A program made the translations under genes and the position numbers. A stretch of 64,000 nucleotides of DNA, taken from an uncultured Gammaproteobacteria bacterium. Its GTDB lineage: Bacteria > Patescibacteriota > Microgenomatia > Levybacterales > UBA12049. Of the stretch, positions 49,639 to 58,792 are shown one piece after another; the stretch's first letter is position 1; each line of letters begins with the position of its first letter. A model generated the notes under the pieces. It worked only from the letters and a program-made list of their open reading frames with translations. It searched no databases and was not told the origin of the DNA. The stretch covers positions 1,254,758 through 1,318,757 of the forward strand of contig CAZDOJ010000001.1 in assembly GCA_964507055.1 (NCBI GenBank). Direction: 5' to 3'.

Positions 49639-50700
49639 ATGTACTTAAAAGATATCTCTCTGCAAAATTTCCGCAGCTACAATAAAGCTCATTTCACATT
49701 TGATCCAAGCATCTCTATTATCGTCGGTCCCAATGCTGCTGGTAAAACAAATCTTGTTGAAGCTATCGGACTTCTCTCAACAGGGAAGAGTTTCAAAACA
49801 GGTGGGGATAAGCATCTCATCGCATTTGGCAAACCCGCAGCACATCTCTCCGGAGAGTTACAAGAAGATGATGATACTGAGAAGTTGGAGATTGCTGTTG
49901 CCGCAAGTCCAACTGGTATGATGTTGAAAAAGTATCTCGTTAATGGTGTATCGCGAAGGAGAAATGGTTTTGCCGGCAAACTTCCAGCTGTTTTGTTTAC
50001 GCCGCTAGATCTCGATATTGTTGCTGGACAGCCTGGAGAGCGAAGGCGATTTCTCAATGAAGTACTCGAGCAAACTGATTCTCAATACGATGCTGCTCTG
50101 ACACAATATACCAAAGCCCTCCGTCAACGAAATGCCTTACTTGAGTTCGTCCAACGAAGTGGGAGACGGGATGAAGAACGGTTTGCGTATTGGGATACTG
50201 TCTTGATCTCGAACGCAAAGATCATCAGTGACAAGAGGGAAGAGCTAATTAATTATATTAACTCACAAGAGAAGACACTCTTTCCATTTATACTGACATA
50301 CGATAAAAGCGTGATGTCACGTGAGAGGCTTTTACAATATAAAGACGCTGAAGCCGGAGCGGGTGTGACGCTTGTTGGGCCACAACGCGATGATGTCTTT
50401 ATCCAGTCGTACCATCCTGTTTCTCAGGAGCTTGAAGATGTAAAACATTTTTGCTCAAGAGGACAACAAAGGCTTGTGACATTAGAACTTAAGAAATCCC
50501 AAATTGCATACCTCCAAGAGCAATTACAAACGCAACCACTACTTATTCTTGATGATATCTTCTCTGAGCTTGATAGCAAACACATTGATCATGTCCTGCA
50601 TATGGCACATGATTTCCAAACGATTATTACGACTACACATAAGGAATTTGTCATGATTGATGGGCTGGAAAATCCGCATGTGATAGAATTAGGAAAGTAA
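49639..50700 (+). CDS. recF: DNA replication and repair protein RecF
   Basis: ...LQNFRSYNKAHFTFDPSISIIVGPNAAGKTNLVEAI... Walker A, SMC-like signature region, and a D-loop near the C-terminus. Confidence 0.85.
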   Translation: MYLKDISLQNFRSYNKAHFTFDPSISIIVGPNAAGKTNLVEAIGLLSTGKSFKTGGDKHLIAFGKPAAHLSGELQEDDDTEKLEIAVAASPTGMMLKKYLVNGVSRRRNGFAGKLPAVLFTPLDLDIVAGQPGERRRFLNEVLEQTDSQYDAALTQYTKALRQRNALLEFVQRSGRRDEERFAYWDTVLISNAKIISDKREELINYINSQEKTLFPFILTYDKSVMSRERLLQYKDAEAGAGVTLVGPQRDDVFIQSYHPVSQELEDVKHFCSRGQQRLVTLELKKSQIAYLQEQLQTQPLLILDDIFSELDSKHIDHVLHMAHDFQTIITTTHKEFVMIDGLENPHVIELGK

Positions 50701-50718
50701 TAGTACTGCCTGTTCAAA

Positions 50719-51615
50719 ATGGATTTTGCTCAGGAAACTTTTCTTATGCAATCTTTTAATCCTGACCTTCTTAAGCAGTTGTACATACCTGCTCATGATT
50801 CCCACAAAGGCCAAAACGGTAAACTTCTTATTATTGGTGGTTCACGCTTATTTCACGCAGCTTCTCTTTGGGCATTAACTACAGCAAGTCGGATCGTCGA
50901 TATGGTTTTTTACGCATCGGTAGCTGAAAATAATGCGGTAGTACAAGAATTAAAGAAGGAATTCCGCAATGGTATCGTTGTTGCTCGCGATGACATTGAA
51001 TCATATATCGAAGAGGCAGAAGCAGTTCTAATTGGGCCAGGAATGCTACGTCAAGAAGAATCTTTTGATAAGAATAAACACCTGACGCTCAAGCAAATCA
51101 ATGAAATCAGTAATGAAGGCGAGCAAACCTATTACCTTACACGATACCTTCTTACAAAATATCCTCACAAGAAGTGGGTAATTGATGCTGGTGCTCTGCA
51201 AATGATAGATCTGACATGGTTAAAACATATGGCTGGAAATGTCGTCCTCACGCCACATGTTGATGAATTTTCAAGAGTGTTTGGAGAGATAAAGGATGTC
51301 GGTGCTTTGGCAAAAGAATATAAATGCACAATTCTTTTGAAAGGCGAAAATGATGTCGTCTGTTCTTCAACACAATGTGTCAAAATAGCTGGAGGAAATC
51401 CTGGTATGACCAAAGGTGGGACAGGTGATGTCCTTGCTGGTTTGATCGCCGCACTTGCTACAAAAAATGAATTGTTTCTGGCTGCATCAGCAGGTTCGTA
51501 TATTAATAAGCAAGCAGGGGAGTCATTGGAAAAAAGAGTAGGATACTATTTCAATGCTTCTGATCTTGCCAATGAAATACCTCAGGTAATGAAGCGAACA
51601 ATGCTTGATAAATAG
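50719..51615 (+). CDS. nnrD: ADP-dependent NAD(P)H-hydrate dehydratase (YjeF C-terminal domain)
   Basis: ...HKGQNGKLLIIGGS... and ...GGNPGMTKGGTGDVLAGLIAAL... Confidence 0.8.
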   Translation: MDFAQETFLMQSFNPDLLKQLYIPAHDSHKGQNGKLLIIGGSRLFHAASLWALTTASRIVDMVFYASVAENNAVVQELKKEFRNGIVVARDDIESYIEEAEAVLIGPGMLRQEESFDKNKHLTLKQINEISNEGEQTYYLTRYLLTKYPHKKWVIDAGALQMIDLTWLKHMAGNVVLTPHVDEFSRVFGEIKDVGALAKEYKCTILLKGENDVVCSSTQCVKIAGGNPGMTKGGTGDVLAGLIAALATKNELFLAASAGSYINKQAGESLEKRVGYYFNASDLANEIPQVMKRTMLDK

Positions 51616-51617
51616 AT

Positions 51618-51842
51618 TTGGCAAGCTATAATAACCCCATGAGTGAATTCCTTCGGAGACTAGGACGAGAAATTGGTGTTGAGCCAGGAAATCAGCCAAC
51701 AAGGTCAGATCGTCTGAGAGTCAGAGATGATGTCGAAGCGTGGAAGTCACGATATATGGAAGAGCACGGGCATAAACCTAAACCTACTGAGATAGCTGAT
51801 GCTGGAATTCAGATCTGGCGAAGACGCGGTGCTCGTATTTAA
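51618..51842 (+). CDS. Small hypothetical protein (74 aa) immediately upstream of the Fic gene, a possible antitoxin-like partner
   Basis: Basic small ORF. It contains ...SRYMEEHG..., which loosely resembles the Fic-inhibitory [ST]xxxE[GN] motif. Confidence 0.3.
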   Translation: MASYNNPMSEFLRRLGREIGVEPGNQPTRSDRLRVRDDVEAWKSRYMEEHGHKPKPTEIADAGIQIWRRRGARI

Positions 51843-51898
51843 ACTTCACATTGCCTTTTTTCGGGAAATAGGCAATAATAAACTGACTTTTCACTCCT

Positions 51899-52939
51899 AT
51901 GTATACTCCGAAATATACAATCAATAATACAATTTTGCGCAACATTGGCATTGTTGAGGCAGCCCGCGAAGTTATTTCTCACGCCCCTTTACTTCCATAT
52001 TACGAAAAAGAATTTCAAAAAGATGCACTTGCTCGTGCTGTTCATCATGGTACGCATATCGAAGGAAACGAACTTGATATGGATCAGGCTGAAAAGGTTA
52101 TTGCCGGACAACAGATCGTTGCACGTGCACGAGATATCCAGGAAGTTATTAATTACCGTCGAGTGATGGAGCATATCGGCAAAGACGAAACAAAACATAT
52201 CAATGAAGATTTGCTCAAAGACTTGCATCGAATGACTGTTGATAAACTCCTCGTTCCAGAACGATGCGGACAATACCGTACAACACAGGTTGTTGTTCGT
52301 AACAGTCTGACAGGGGATGTGACATTTACTCCGCCAGTCGCAACAGCAGTGCCTCAGCAAGTGAAAGAGCTTCTTGAATTCATCGATAAAACCGATCCTG
52401 AAACACTGCACCCAGTGCTGAAGAGTGGCATTGTTCACTATGAACTCGCTCGTATCCATCCATTTGTTGATGGAAATGGGCGTGTTTCTCGTGCTCTCTC
52501 AACATTTATTCTTTTTCAAGAAGGTTATGACATTCGTAAATTCTTTTCACTTGAAGAATATTTTGATAATGATGCAAGTGAGTATTATTCTGCCTTGCAA
52601 AGTGTTGGCCGAAATGACGGTGATCTGACTGAATGGCTTGCATACTTTACCCAGGGATTGGCGATTGAATTGAATAAGATCAAAGAGAAGATTGAGAAGA
52701 TTTCGGTTGATGTGAAGATCAAAGAACGCCAAGGTGGTGAACCGATCATGCTTTCTGAAAGACAACTTAAAATTATGGAATATATCCAAAAGGTAGGATT
52801 CTTGCAGAATAATGGTTTTAAACAACTTTTCCCAATGGTCAGTGAAGATACTGTTTTGAATGAACTAAAATATCTCATTAAGCATGGGTTACTTAAGAAG
52901 CAGGGAAGTACGAAAGGAGCAAAGTACGTCCGGGCATAA
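51899..52939 (+). CDS. Fic/DOC family protein with a C-terminal winged-HTH
   Basis: Fic motif HPFVDGNGRVSRAL. N-terminal ...HHGTHIEGNELD... helix. Confidence 0.85.
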   Translation: MYTPKYTINNTILRNIGIVEAAREVISHAPLLPYYEKEFQKDALARAVHHGTHIEGNELDMDQAEKVIAGQQIVARARDIQEVINYRRVMEHIGKDETKHINEDLLKDLHRMTVDKLLVPERCGQYRTTQVVVRNSLTGDVTFTPPVATAVPQQVKELLEFIDKTDPETLHPVLKSGIVHYELARIHPFVDGNGRVSRALSTFILFQEGYDIRKFFSLEEYFDNDASEYYSALQSVGRNDGDLTEWLAYFTQGLAIELNKIKEKIEKISVDVKIKERQGGEPIMLSERQLKIMEYIQKVGFLQNNGFKQLFPMVSEDTVLNELKYLIKHGLLKKQGSTKGAKYVRA

Positions 52940-52940
52940 G

Positions 52941-54707
52941 ATGAAATTTACTGAACTCACACAATATTTTGAAAGACTTGAAGAAACCTCCTCACGACTA
53001 GCTCTCATTGATATCCTCTCTGAACTCTTCAAGAAAACAGATAAAACAACAGTCGATAAAGTCATGTATCTTGCACAAGGACGTGTTGCACCATTTTATG
53101 AACCAACGGAGATTGGTATGGCTGATAAGATGGTTGCCCAAAGTATTGGTGAAGCATTTGGTTTGACCAAAGATGAGGTATTGGCTGAGTATGCAAGAAA
53201 AGGGGATTTAGGGATTGTTGCATTTGAGCTTTCTGAGAAAAAACGCCAAAAGGGAAAAAAAGAAGAATTATCGGTTATAACCGTTTTCGAGGAACTCACA
53301 AACATTGCCAATACAAGTGGTGTGGGATCGGTTGAGAAAAAGATAACTGCTCTCAAGGCTCTTCTTGAACATATGGATGCAGTTTCAGCAAAGCATTTGG
53401 TCAGAATTCCCCTGGGCAAAACCCGACTTGGGATAGGTGATCCGACGATTCTTGATGGTATTGCAATCGCAATACTCGGAGACAAGTCAAAGAGAAAGTT
53501 ACTTGAGAAAGCTTACAATGAAACCTCCGATTTAGGATTAATCGGCAAAACATTAATGGAAGGGGGACTTGAAGAAGTTCAAAAGCTTGGTGTCTCTGTC
53601 GGGCGTCCCATCCGATCTGAACTTTGCGAGCGTTTGCCAAATCCGGTCAAAGTCTTTGAGAAAATGGATACTGATGGATTGGGAATTCACGCGACACATA
53701 AATACGATGGATTCCGTGTCCAGATCCACAAGAATGGTGACAAAGTCGAGATGTTCTCTCGTAACCTTGAAGACATGACACATATGTTCCCAGAACTTAT
53801 CGAAGGAACACGCAAACAGATCAAAGCAAAGACAGTTATCCTTGATTCTGAGGCAATGGCATACCAGCCTGAATCACAGGAGTTTTTGCCTTTCCAAGAA
53901 ACTACCAAACGTCGTCGAAAGCACAATATCGAAGAGATGGCAGAATCGTTACCCTTGAAAGCATTTGTCTTTGATATTTTATATGTCGACGGGAAATCGC
54001 TTCTCGGAACTCCATTAAACGAACGCGTTGAGATCATGAAGAAAACAATTGCTGGAGACGAGATCTTGATTCCAGAGCCGGGGACGATTATGAAGAAAGC
54101 AGAGGATCTCCAACTTATGCTTGACGATGCTTTCACACAAGGTTTAGAGGGAGTGGTTATCAAAAGACCGGATTCAGGCTATGAAGCAGGTGGACGTAAC
54201 TTTAATTGGGTAAAACTCAAGAAACACTCAGCTGGAGATTTGAATGACACAATTGATTGCGTCATCCTTGGTTACATTTACGGAAAAGGCAAAAGAACAG
54301 ACTTTGGAGCAGGTGCATTGTTGGTGGGTCTCTATGATAAAGAGCAGGATCAATTTGTCTCTGTAACGCGAATTGGGACTGGTTTATCTGACGATGAATG
54401 GCGAAGTATCAAAGAGAAAGTCAAAGGCTTGGAATCCGATCACAAGCCCGCTCGCGTCCATTCATTTATTACGCCAAGTGTTTGGGTAAAGCCTGAGATA
54501 GTCATTGAAGTTTTAGCCGATGAAATCACCAGAAGTCCGTTGCATACGGCTGGTGCAACGGTGGATGCAGATGGTTTGAAAGTTCCTGGCTATGCACTCA
54601 GATTTCCTCGATTGGTTTCTTTTCGAGATAAAGATAAAAAGGCGGAAGATGCTACTTCAGTTGATGAGTTGATTGAGATGTTTAATGATCAAGGAAAGAA
54701 AGAGTAA
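52941..54707 (+). CDS. ATP-dependent DNA ligase
   Basis: Adenylation motif I KYDGFRVQIH (KxDG). The OB-fold region follows. The start at 52941 (MKFTEL...) abuts the Fic stop. Confidence 0.8.
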   Translation: MKFTELTQYFERLEETSSRLALIDILSELFKKTDKTTVDKVMYLAQGRVAPFYEPTEIGMADKMVAQSIGEAFGLTKDEVLAEYARKGDLGIVAFELSEKKRQKGKKEELSVITVFEELTNIANTSGVGSVEKKITALKALLEHMDAVSAKHLVRIPLGKTRLGIGDPTILDGIAIAILGDKSKRKLLEKAYNETSDLGLIGKTLMEGGLEEVQKLGVSVGRPIRSELCERLPNPVKVFEKMDTDGLGIHATHKYDGFRVQIHKNGDKVEMFSRNLEDMTHMFPELIEGTRKQIKAKTVILDSEAMAYQPESQEFLPFQETTKRRRKHNIEEMAESLPLKAFVFDILYVDGKSLLGTPLNERVEIMKKTIAGDEILIPEPGTIMKKAEDLQLMLDDAFTQGLEGVVIKRPDSGYEAGGRNFNWVKLKKHSAGDLNDTIDCVILGYIYGKGKRTDFGAGALLVGLYDKEQDQFVSVTRIGTGLSDDEWRSIKEKVKGLESDHKPARVHSFITPSVWVKPEIVIEVLADEITRSPLHTAGATVDADGLKVPGYALRFPRLVSFRDKDKKAEDATSVDELIEMFNDQGKKE

Positions 54708-54756
54708 GCCAAATTTTCTTACTGTAAAATACTATCCGAATGCTAGAATTATTTCA

Positions 54757-56088
54757 ATGCAGTATGTTACAGATCTCCATCTTCATTCCAAATACTCTCG
54801 AGCAGTTTCTCCACAGATGAATCTTCAGACAATGGCACAATTAGCATTACAAAAGGGTTTGGATGTTTTATCTGCAGCAGATTTTACCCATCCGATTTGG
54901 TTTAAAGAGATTAGTGAGCAATTAGAACAAGCTGAAGAAGGTTTATATACATTGAAAGGGAATGAAGATCTTTCCAAGATCCGATTTATGCTTTCAACAG
55001 AAATTTCCTCGATATACAAGCAAGGTGATAAATTACGCAGAATTCATAATTTGATTTTTGTTCCAAGTTTGGAAACAGCGGAGAAGTTTAATAAGGCAAT
55101 TGTGGCAAGAGGAGGAAATCTCAATGCAGATGGTCGTCCAATTGTAGGGATGTCATCAAAGAATTTACTCGAGCTGTTACTCTCAATTGACGAGCGGGCA
55201 TTTTTGATCCCGGCACATGTCTGGACGCCTCACTTTGGTATTTATGGTTCGGCTTCTGGATTTGATTCGTTGGAAGAAGCATTCGGAGAGCTTGCACCAA
55301 AGATCTTTGGAATTGAGACGGGGCTTTCAAGTGATCCCGATATGAATTGGCAAGTGCCGGAGCTGATGAATCGAAGCATCTTATCATTCTCTGATGCACA
55401 TAGTGCTCCGAAGATGGCTCGTGAAGCAACCGTGGTGGAATTGGAATCGCTTAGTTATACGAATATCCGTCATGCGTTTGAACGATTTTCTCGCCCCGAA
55501 CTTGGAACGAAAAACAGGATTGCGTATACATTGGAGTTCTATCCTGAAGAAGGAAAATATCATTTTTCGGGACATCGTGATCATAAAGTAGTTTTTGGTC
55601 CTGATGAAATCAGAACGAATGGCAATACGTGTCCAGTTTGTAATAGAAGATTAACTGAAGGTGTTTTATTCCGTGTGCAGCAATTGGCAGATGAATCACT
55701 TTTGCACCGCACGGTTGAGAAAATTGAAAAGGATGGGATCAAATGGTATGAAGATTCAAAGAAGATTCAACCTCCATTTGTAAAATTAGTACCACTTCTG
55801 GAAATTGCTGCGGAATCTCTTGGATCGACAGTAAATAGTCAAAAGTCAAAGAATCTTTTCGCCAAACTCTGTGCAGAACTCCAATCAGAATTACATGTTC
55901 TTTTGCGTGCTCCAATTGAAGATATTGAGCGAGTCGGTGGAGGAAGAGTTGCACAAGGTGTGCTGAAAGTGAGGGAAGGAAATATAGCAATTGAGCCAGG
56001 TTATGATGGGGTGTATGGGAAAGTTAAAATCTGGAAAGAAGGCGAAGAAAAAGCTTCTGATGTTCCACAATTAGCTTTGGATCTTTAG
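54757..56088 (+). CDS. PHP-domain protein with a Zn-ribbon, endonuclease Q (EndoQ)-like
   Basis: N-terminus ...VTDLHLHSKYSRAV... is the PHP metal-binding motif. ...CPVCNRRLTEG... is the zinc ribbon. An alternative upstream start at 54673 would overlap the ligase. Confidence 0.5.
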   Translation: MQYVTDLHLHSKYSRAVSPQMNLQTMAQLALQKGLDVLSAADFTHPIWFKEISEQLEQAEEGLYTLKGNEDLSKIRFMLSTEISSIYKQGDKLRRIHNLIFVPSLETAEKFNKAIVARGGNLNADGRPIVGMSSKNLLELLLSIDERAFLIPAHVWTPHFGIYGSASGFDSLEEAFGELAPKIFGIETGLSSDPDMNWQVPELMNRSILSFSDAHSAPKMAREATVVELESLSYTNIRHAFERFSRPELGTKNRIAYTLEFYPEEGKYHFSGHRDHKVVFGPDEIRTNGNTCPVCNRRLTEGVLFRVQQLADESLLHRTVEKIEKDGIKWYEDSKKIQPPFVKLVPLLEIAAESLGSTVNSQKSKNLFAKLCAELQSELHVLLRAPIEDIERVGGGRVAQGVLKVREGNIAIEPGYDGVYGKVKIWKEGEEKASDVPQLALDL

Positions 56089-56148
56089 CGAAAAGGTAAT
56101 TAATCTTACGTTATTTTCACCTTTCGTATGCTATGCTAGAAGGAGATT

Positions 56149-56763
56149 ATGAAGTTAATTGTAGGACTAGGAAACCCCGGAGAAAAATATCAAAACACAC
56201 GCCACAATGTCGGCTTCATGGCAGTTGATCATTTCCTCAAAGAACTTGGTACAAGCAAAGATGATTGGAGCAGTAATGCTAAGCTCAAAAGTGATATTGC
56301 GACGTTTACTATCCCTTCTGATTCCGGAGAAGAGAAAGTGATTCTCGCAAAACCACAAACATTTATGAATGAATCTGGTATTGCTGTACATTTGCTCATG
56401 CATTTCTACAAGGTTGAACCAGATGATTTATGGATTGTGTATGATGAATTAGATTTACCATTGGGAACCCTTAAGATTCGAAATGGTGGAGCAGCGGCCG
56501 GACATCATGGAGTAGAGTCTGTCATGGAGCATGTGGGAACAGATAAATTTTGGAGATTTCGATTAGGTATTGGAGTTTCACGAAATCATGAGCAACCTGT
56601 GGGTAAACAATTCATTCGTGATGCAAAAGAATTTGTCCTCGATATATTTACACAATCAGAACAGGGGAAGCTCCGTGAAATGATCAAGCACACCTGTCAT
56701 GCTCTTGAATGTGGTATCAAAAAAGATCTTGAGACCGCTATGAATAAGTACAACACCAAATAA
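56149..56763 (+). CDS. pth: Peptidyl-tRNA hydrolase
   Basis: MKLIVGLGNPGEKYQNTRHNVGFM... An AGGAGA Shine-Dalgarno sequence lies 5 nt upstream. Confidence 0.9.
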   Translation: MKLIVGLGNPGEKYQNTRHNVGFMAVDHFLKELGTSKDDWSSNAKLKSDIATFTIPSDSGEEKVILAKPQTFMNESGIAVHLLMHFYKVEPDDLWIVYDELDLPLGTLKIRNGGAAAGHHGVESVMEHVGTDKFWRFRLGIGVSRNHEQPVGKQFIRDAKEFVLDIFTQSEQGKLREMIKHTCHALECGIKKDLETAMNKYNTK

Positions 56764-56764
56764 T

Positions 56765-57088
56765 ATGCAATCTCTCAAAAGTGTTCTCACTCGATTTAAT
56801 CCTACAACTGACAAATATATTTCTCGTGAGTTTCAGACGTTTGGCTTGCATCTTGCGGACCAGCTGGATGATTACAAGCACAAGAGTTTATATATTAAAT
56901 TAGCTAAGACAACTCCTCGTGCAATTCTTGAGCAGGCGTTATCATTTTGTGTCGATAGTAAAGCGACCAATAAAGGAGCACTGTTCATGTGGAAATTGAA
57001 GGAGATTAAGAAAGATATGAAAAGTGCTGCAATCCCAGTTCCAAAGGTTGAACAACCTTCGTTAATTCCAGAAGTTCCCGTAGTATGA
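56765..57088 (+). CDS. Hypothetical protein, 107 aa
   Basis: The ORF is tightly coupled between pth and acyP. Confidence 0.35.
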   Translation: MQSLKSVLTRFNPTTDKYISREFQTFGLHLADQLDDYKHKSLYIKLAKTTPRAILEQALSFCVDSKATNKGALFMWKLKEIKKDMKSAAIPVPKVEQPSLIPEVPVV

Positions 57089-57354
57089 AACAAGCACATG
57101 TTTTTATATCAGGTTCCGTCCAAGGTGTCGGCTACCGTCAATTCGTCAAACAAAATGCTCGTAAATTGGGTATAAATGGTTGGGTTCGTAACACTGAAGA
57201 TGGTGGAGTAGAAGCTGTTCTGCAGGGCGAAGAGTCAATGATTGAAGTGATGATTGAGCAATGCAAAAAAGGTCCCTTTATGTCTGAAGTCGAGCATTGT
57301 GGTTTTGAATGGGAAGAATCGGAAGAAGAGTACGATAGTTTTAACCTCGCATAG
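57085..57354 (+). CDS. acyP: Acylphosphatase
   Basis: ...ISGSVQGVGYRQFV...GWVRNTEDGGVE... acylphosphatase signatures. Confidence 0.85.
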   Translation: MKQAHVFISGSVQGVGYRQFVKQNARKLGINGWVRNTEDGGVEAVLQGEESMIEVMIEQCKKGPFMSEVEHCGFEWEESEEEYDSFNLA

Positions 57355-57374
57355 CCTCTGCTATAATCAGCTTC

Positions 57375-57686
57375 ATGACAATTAAAGAACAAAAACGAAT
57401 CTGGGGTATTCCACTTGGACGAGAGCGTGTAGTTGTCGGCGTAACCGAAGTCGAAGAACGCATCCCATCAGGTGTTTCTGGTATGACGATTAAAGATCGA
57501 TTTGCCGTTGATGGTGCTAGCGATATTGTCACACAAACTCGTGTAACACGAATTCGTCCAGATGAACCTGTTAGAGAACAGAGACCAAGTATTTTAAAAG
57601 AAAATGGAATTAATAGAGAAAATGGGGAACTAGTTATTCGAACAGGAAAGATAATTCAAACAGTTTTTCGTTATACTCCAGAATAA
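57375..57686 (+). CDS. Hypothetical protein, 103 aa
   Basis: ORF with a plausible start. I recognise no motif. Confidence 0.3.
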   Translation: MTIKEQKRIWGIPLGRERVVVGVTEVEERIPSGVSGMTIKDRFAVDGASDIVTQTRVTRIRPDEPVREQRPSILKENGINRENGELVIRTGKIIQTVFRYTPE

Positions 57687-57687
57687 T

Positions 57688-58665
57688 TTACTTCTTCAAC
57701 TCTTCCTCGATAACTCTTTCAAACTCACTGAATGGCTGGGCACCAACCAATCTGTAGCCATTGACGAAAAAGGCAGGAGTTCCGTCAACCTGTACTTTAT
57801 TACCAGCTTCAAGATCAGTTTCAACCGCTTTTTGATATTTATCACTATCAAGGCATGACTGGAATTGATCAGTATTTAATCCGAGTTCTCCCGCATATCC
57901 AACAAATGCATTTGATGCGTCAGTAAGTGTGAGAGGAGACCATGTATCTTGCTCAGCGAACAGTTTATCGTGGAATTCCCAGAATTTACTTTGTTCGTTT
58001 GCACATTCTGATGCTTCTGCTGCTTTTTGAGCATTTGGATGAATCGAAGTTAATGGATAATGACGATACGCGATCTTTACTTTCCCTGTATCAATATACT
58101 TTTCTTTAATTTGTTCATGTGTTTCATCAATGTATCTTTTACAGAATGGGCATTGGAAGTCACTGAATTCTACTATTGTTACTTTTGCATTTTCATCTCC
58201 GAGGATTGGTAGCTTACCATTATCAACTTTTACTACTTGCGGTGGTGGTGGAGTGGTTGGTAATGCATCTCCTGGATTTGCCGCGGCTGCAGTATTTGCG
58301 TTCGAGCCAGTTTTTAATTCATTCTCTAGGTACAGCACCTTATTTGTAAGCATGCCTAAAAGAAAAGCAAAGATAACGAGTACAAAAACGAGGTACACAT
58401 TTAAATTTCCTTGCTTGAATCCAAAACGGGGGATTTTTAGGGTGAAGTGATCTTTATCTTTTGTCGCTGTTTTCTCTGCTGGAACAGTTGTCGCAGAATC
58501 AGTAGTTTTTGTTGATTTGGTAGTGGATTTAGCGGGAGCTGCCTTTCTCATTGAGTCCATTGTATTGTCTGGTGATTTGTTTGTCAATTGGATGTTTTCG
58601 CGTAAACTACTTTTTATTTGCGACCGATCAGAGTCTCTTAGTAATGGACTCGATATTGCATTCAT
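57688..58665 (-). CDS. DsbA-family thiol:disulfide oxidoreductase, membrane-anchored
   Basis: N-terminal TM helix. Thioredoxin-fold CPFC active site (...FSDFQCPFCKRY...). Confidence 0.8.
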   Translation of the reverse strand: MNAISSPLLRDSDRSQIKSSLRENIQLTNKSPDNTMDSMRKAAPAKSTTKSTKTTDSATTVPAEKTATKDKDHFTLKIPRFGFKQGNLNVYLVFVLVIFAFLLGMLTNKVLYLENELKTGSNANTAAAANPGDALPTTPPPPQVVKVDNGKLPILGDENAKVTIVEFSDFQCPFCKRYIDETHEQIKEKYIDTGKVKIAYRHYPLTSIHPNAQKAAEASECANEQSKFWEFHDKLFAEQDTWSPLTLTDASNAFVGYAGELGLNTDQFQSCLDSDKYQKAVETDLEAGNKVQVDGTPAFFVNGYRLVGAQPFSEFERVIEEELKK

Positions 58666-58792
58666 ACCATTCTCTTTTAGCTACTTCGTGGTAGCATTTG
58701 TCGTTGCATAAAAAGTAGTTTACGCACAGGAAGTAGGTGAGGTATGTATTGCTTTGGGTTGGGCTGTAAATGATATAATGGTTGAATAACCT

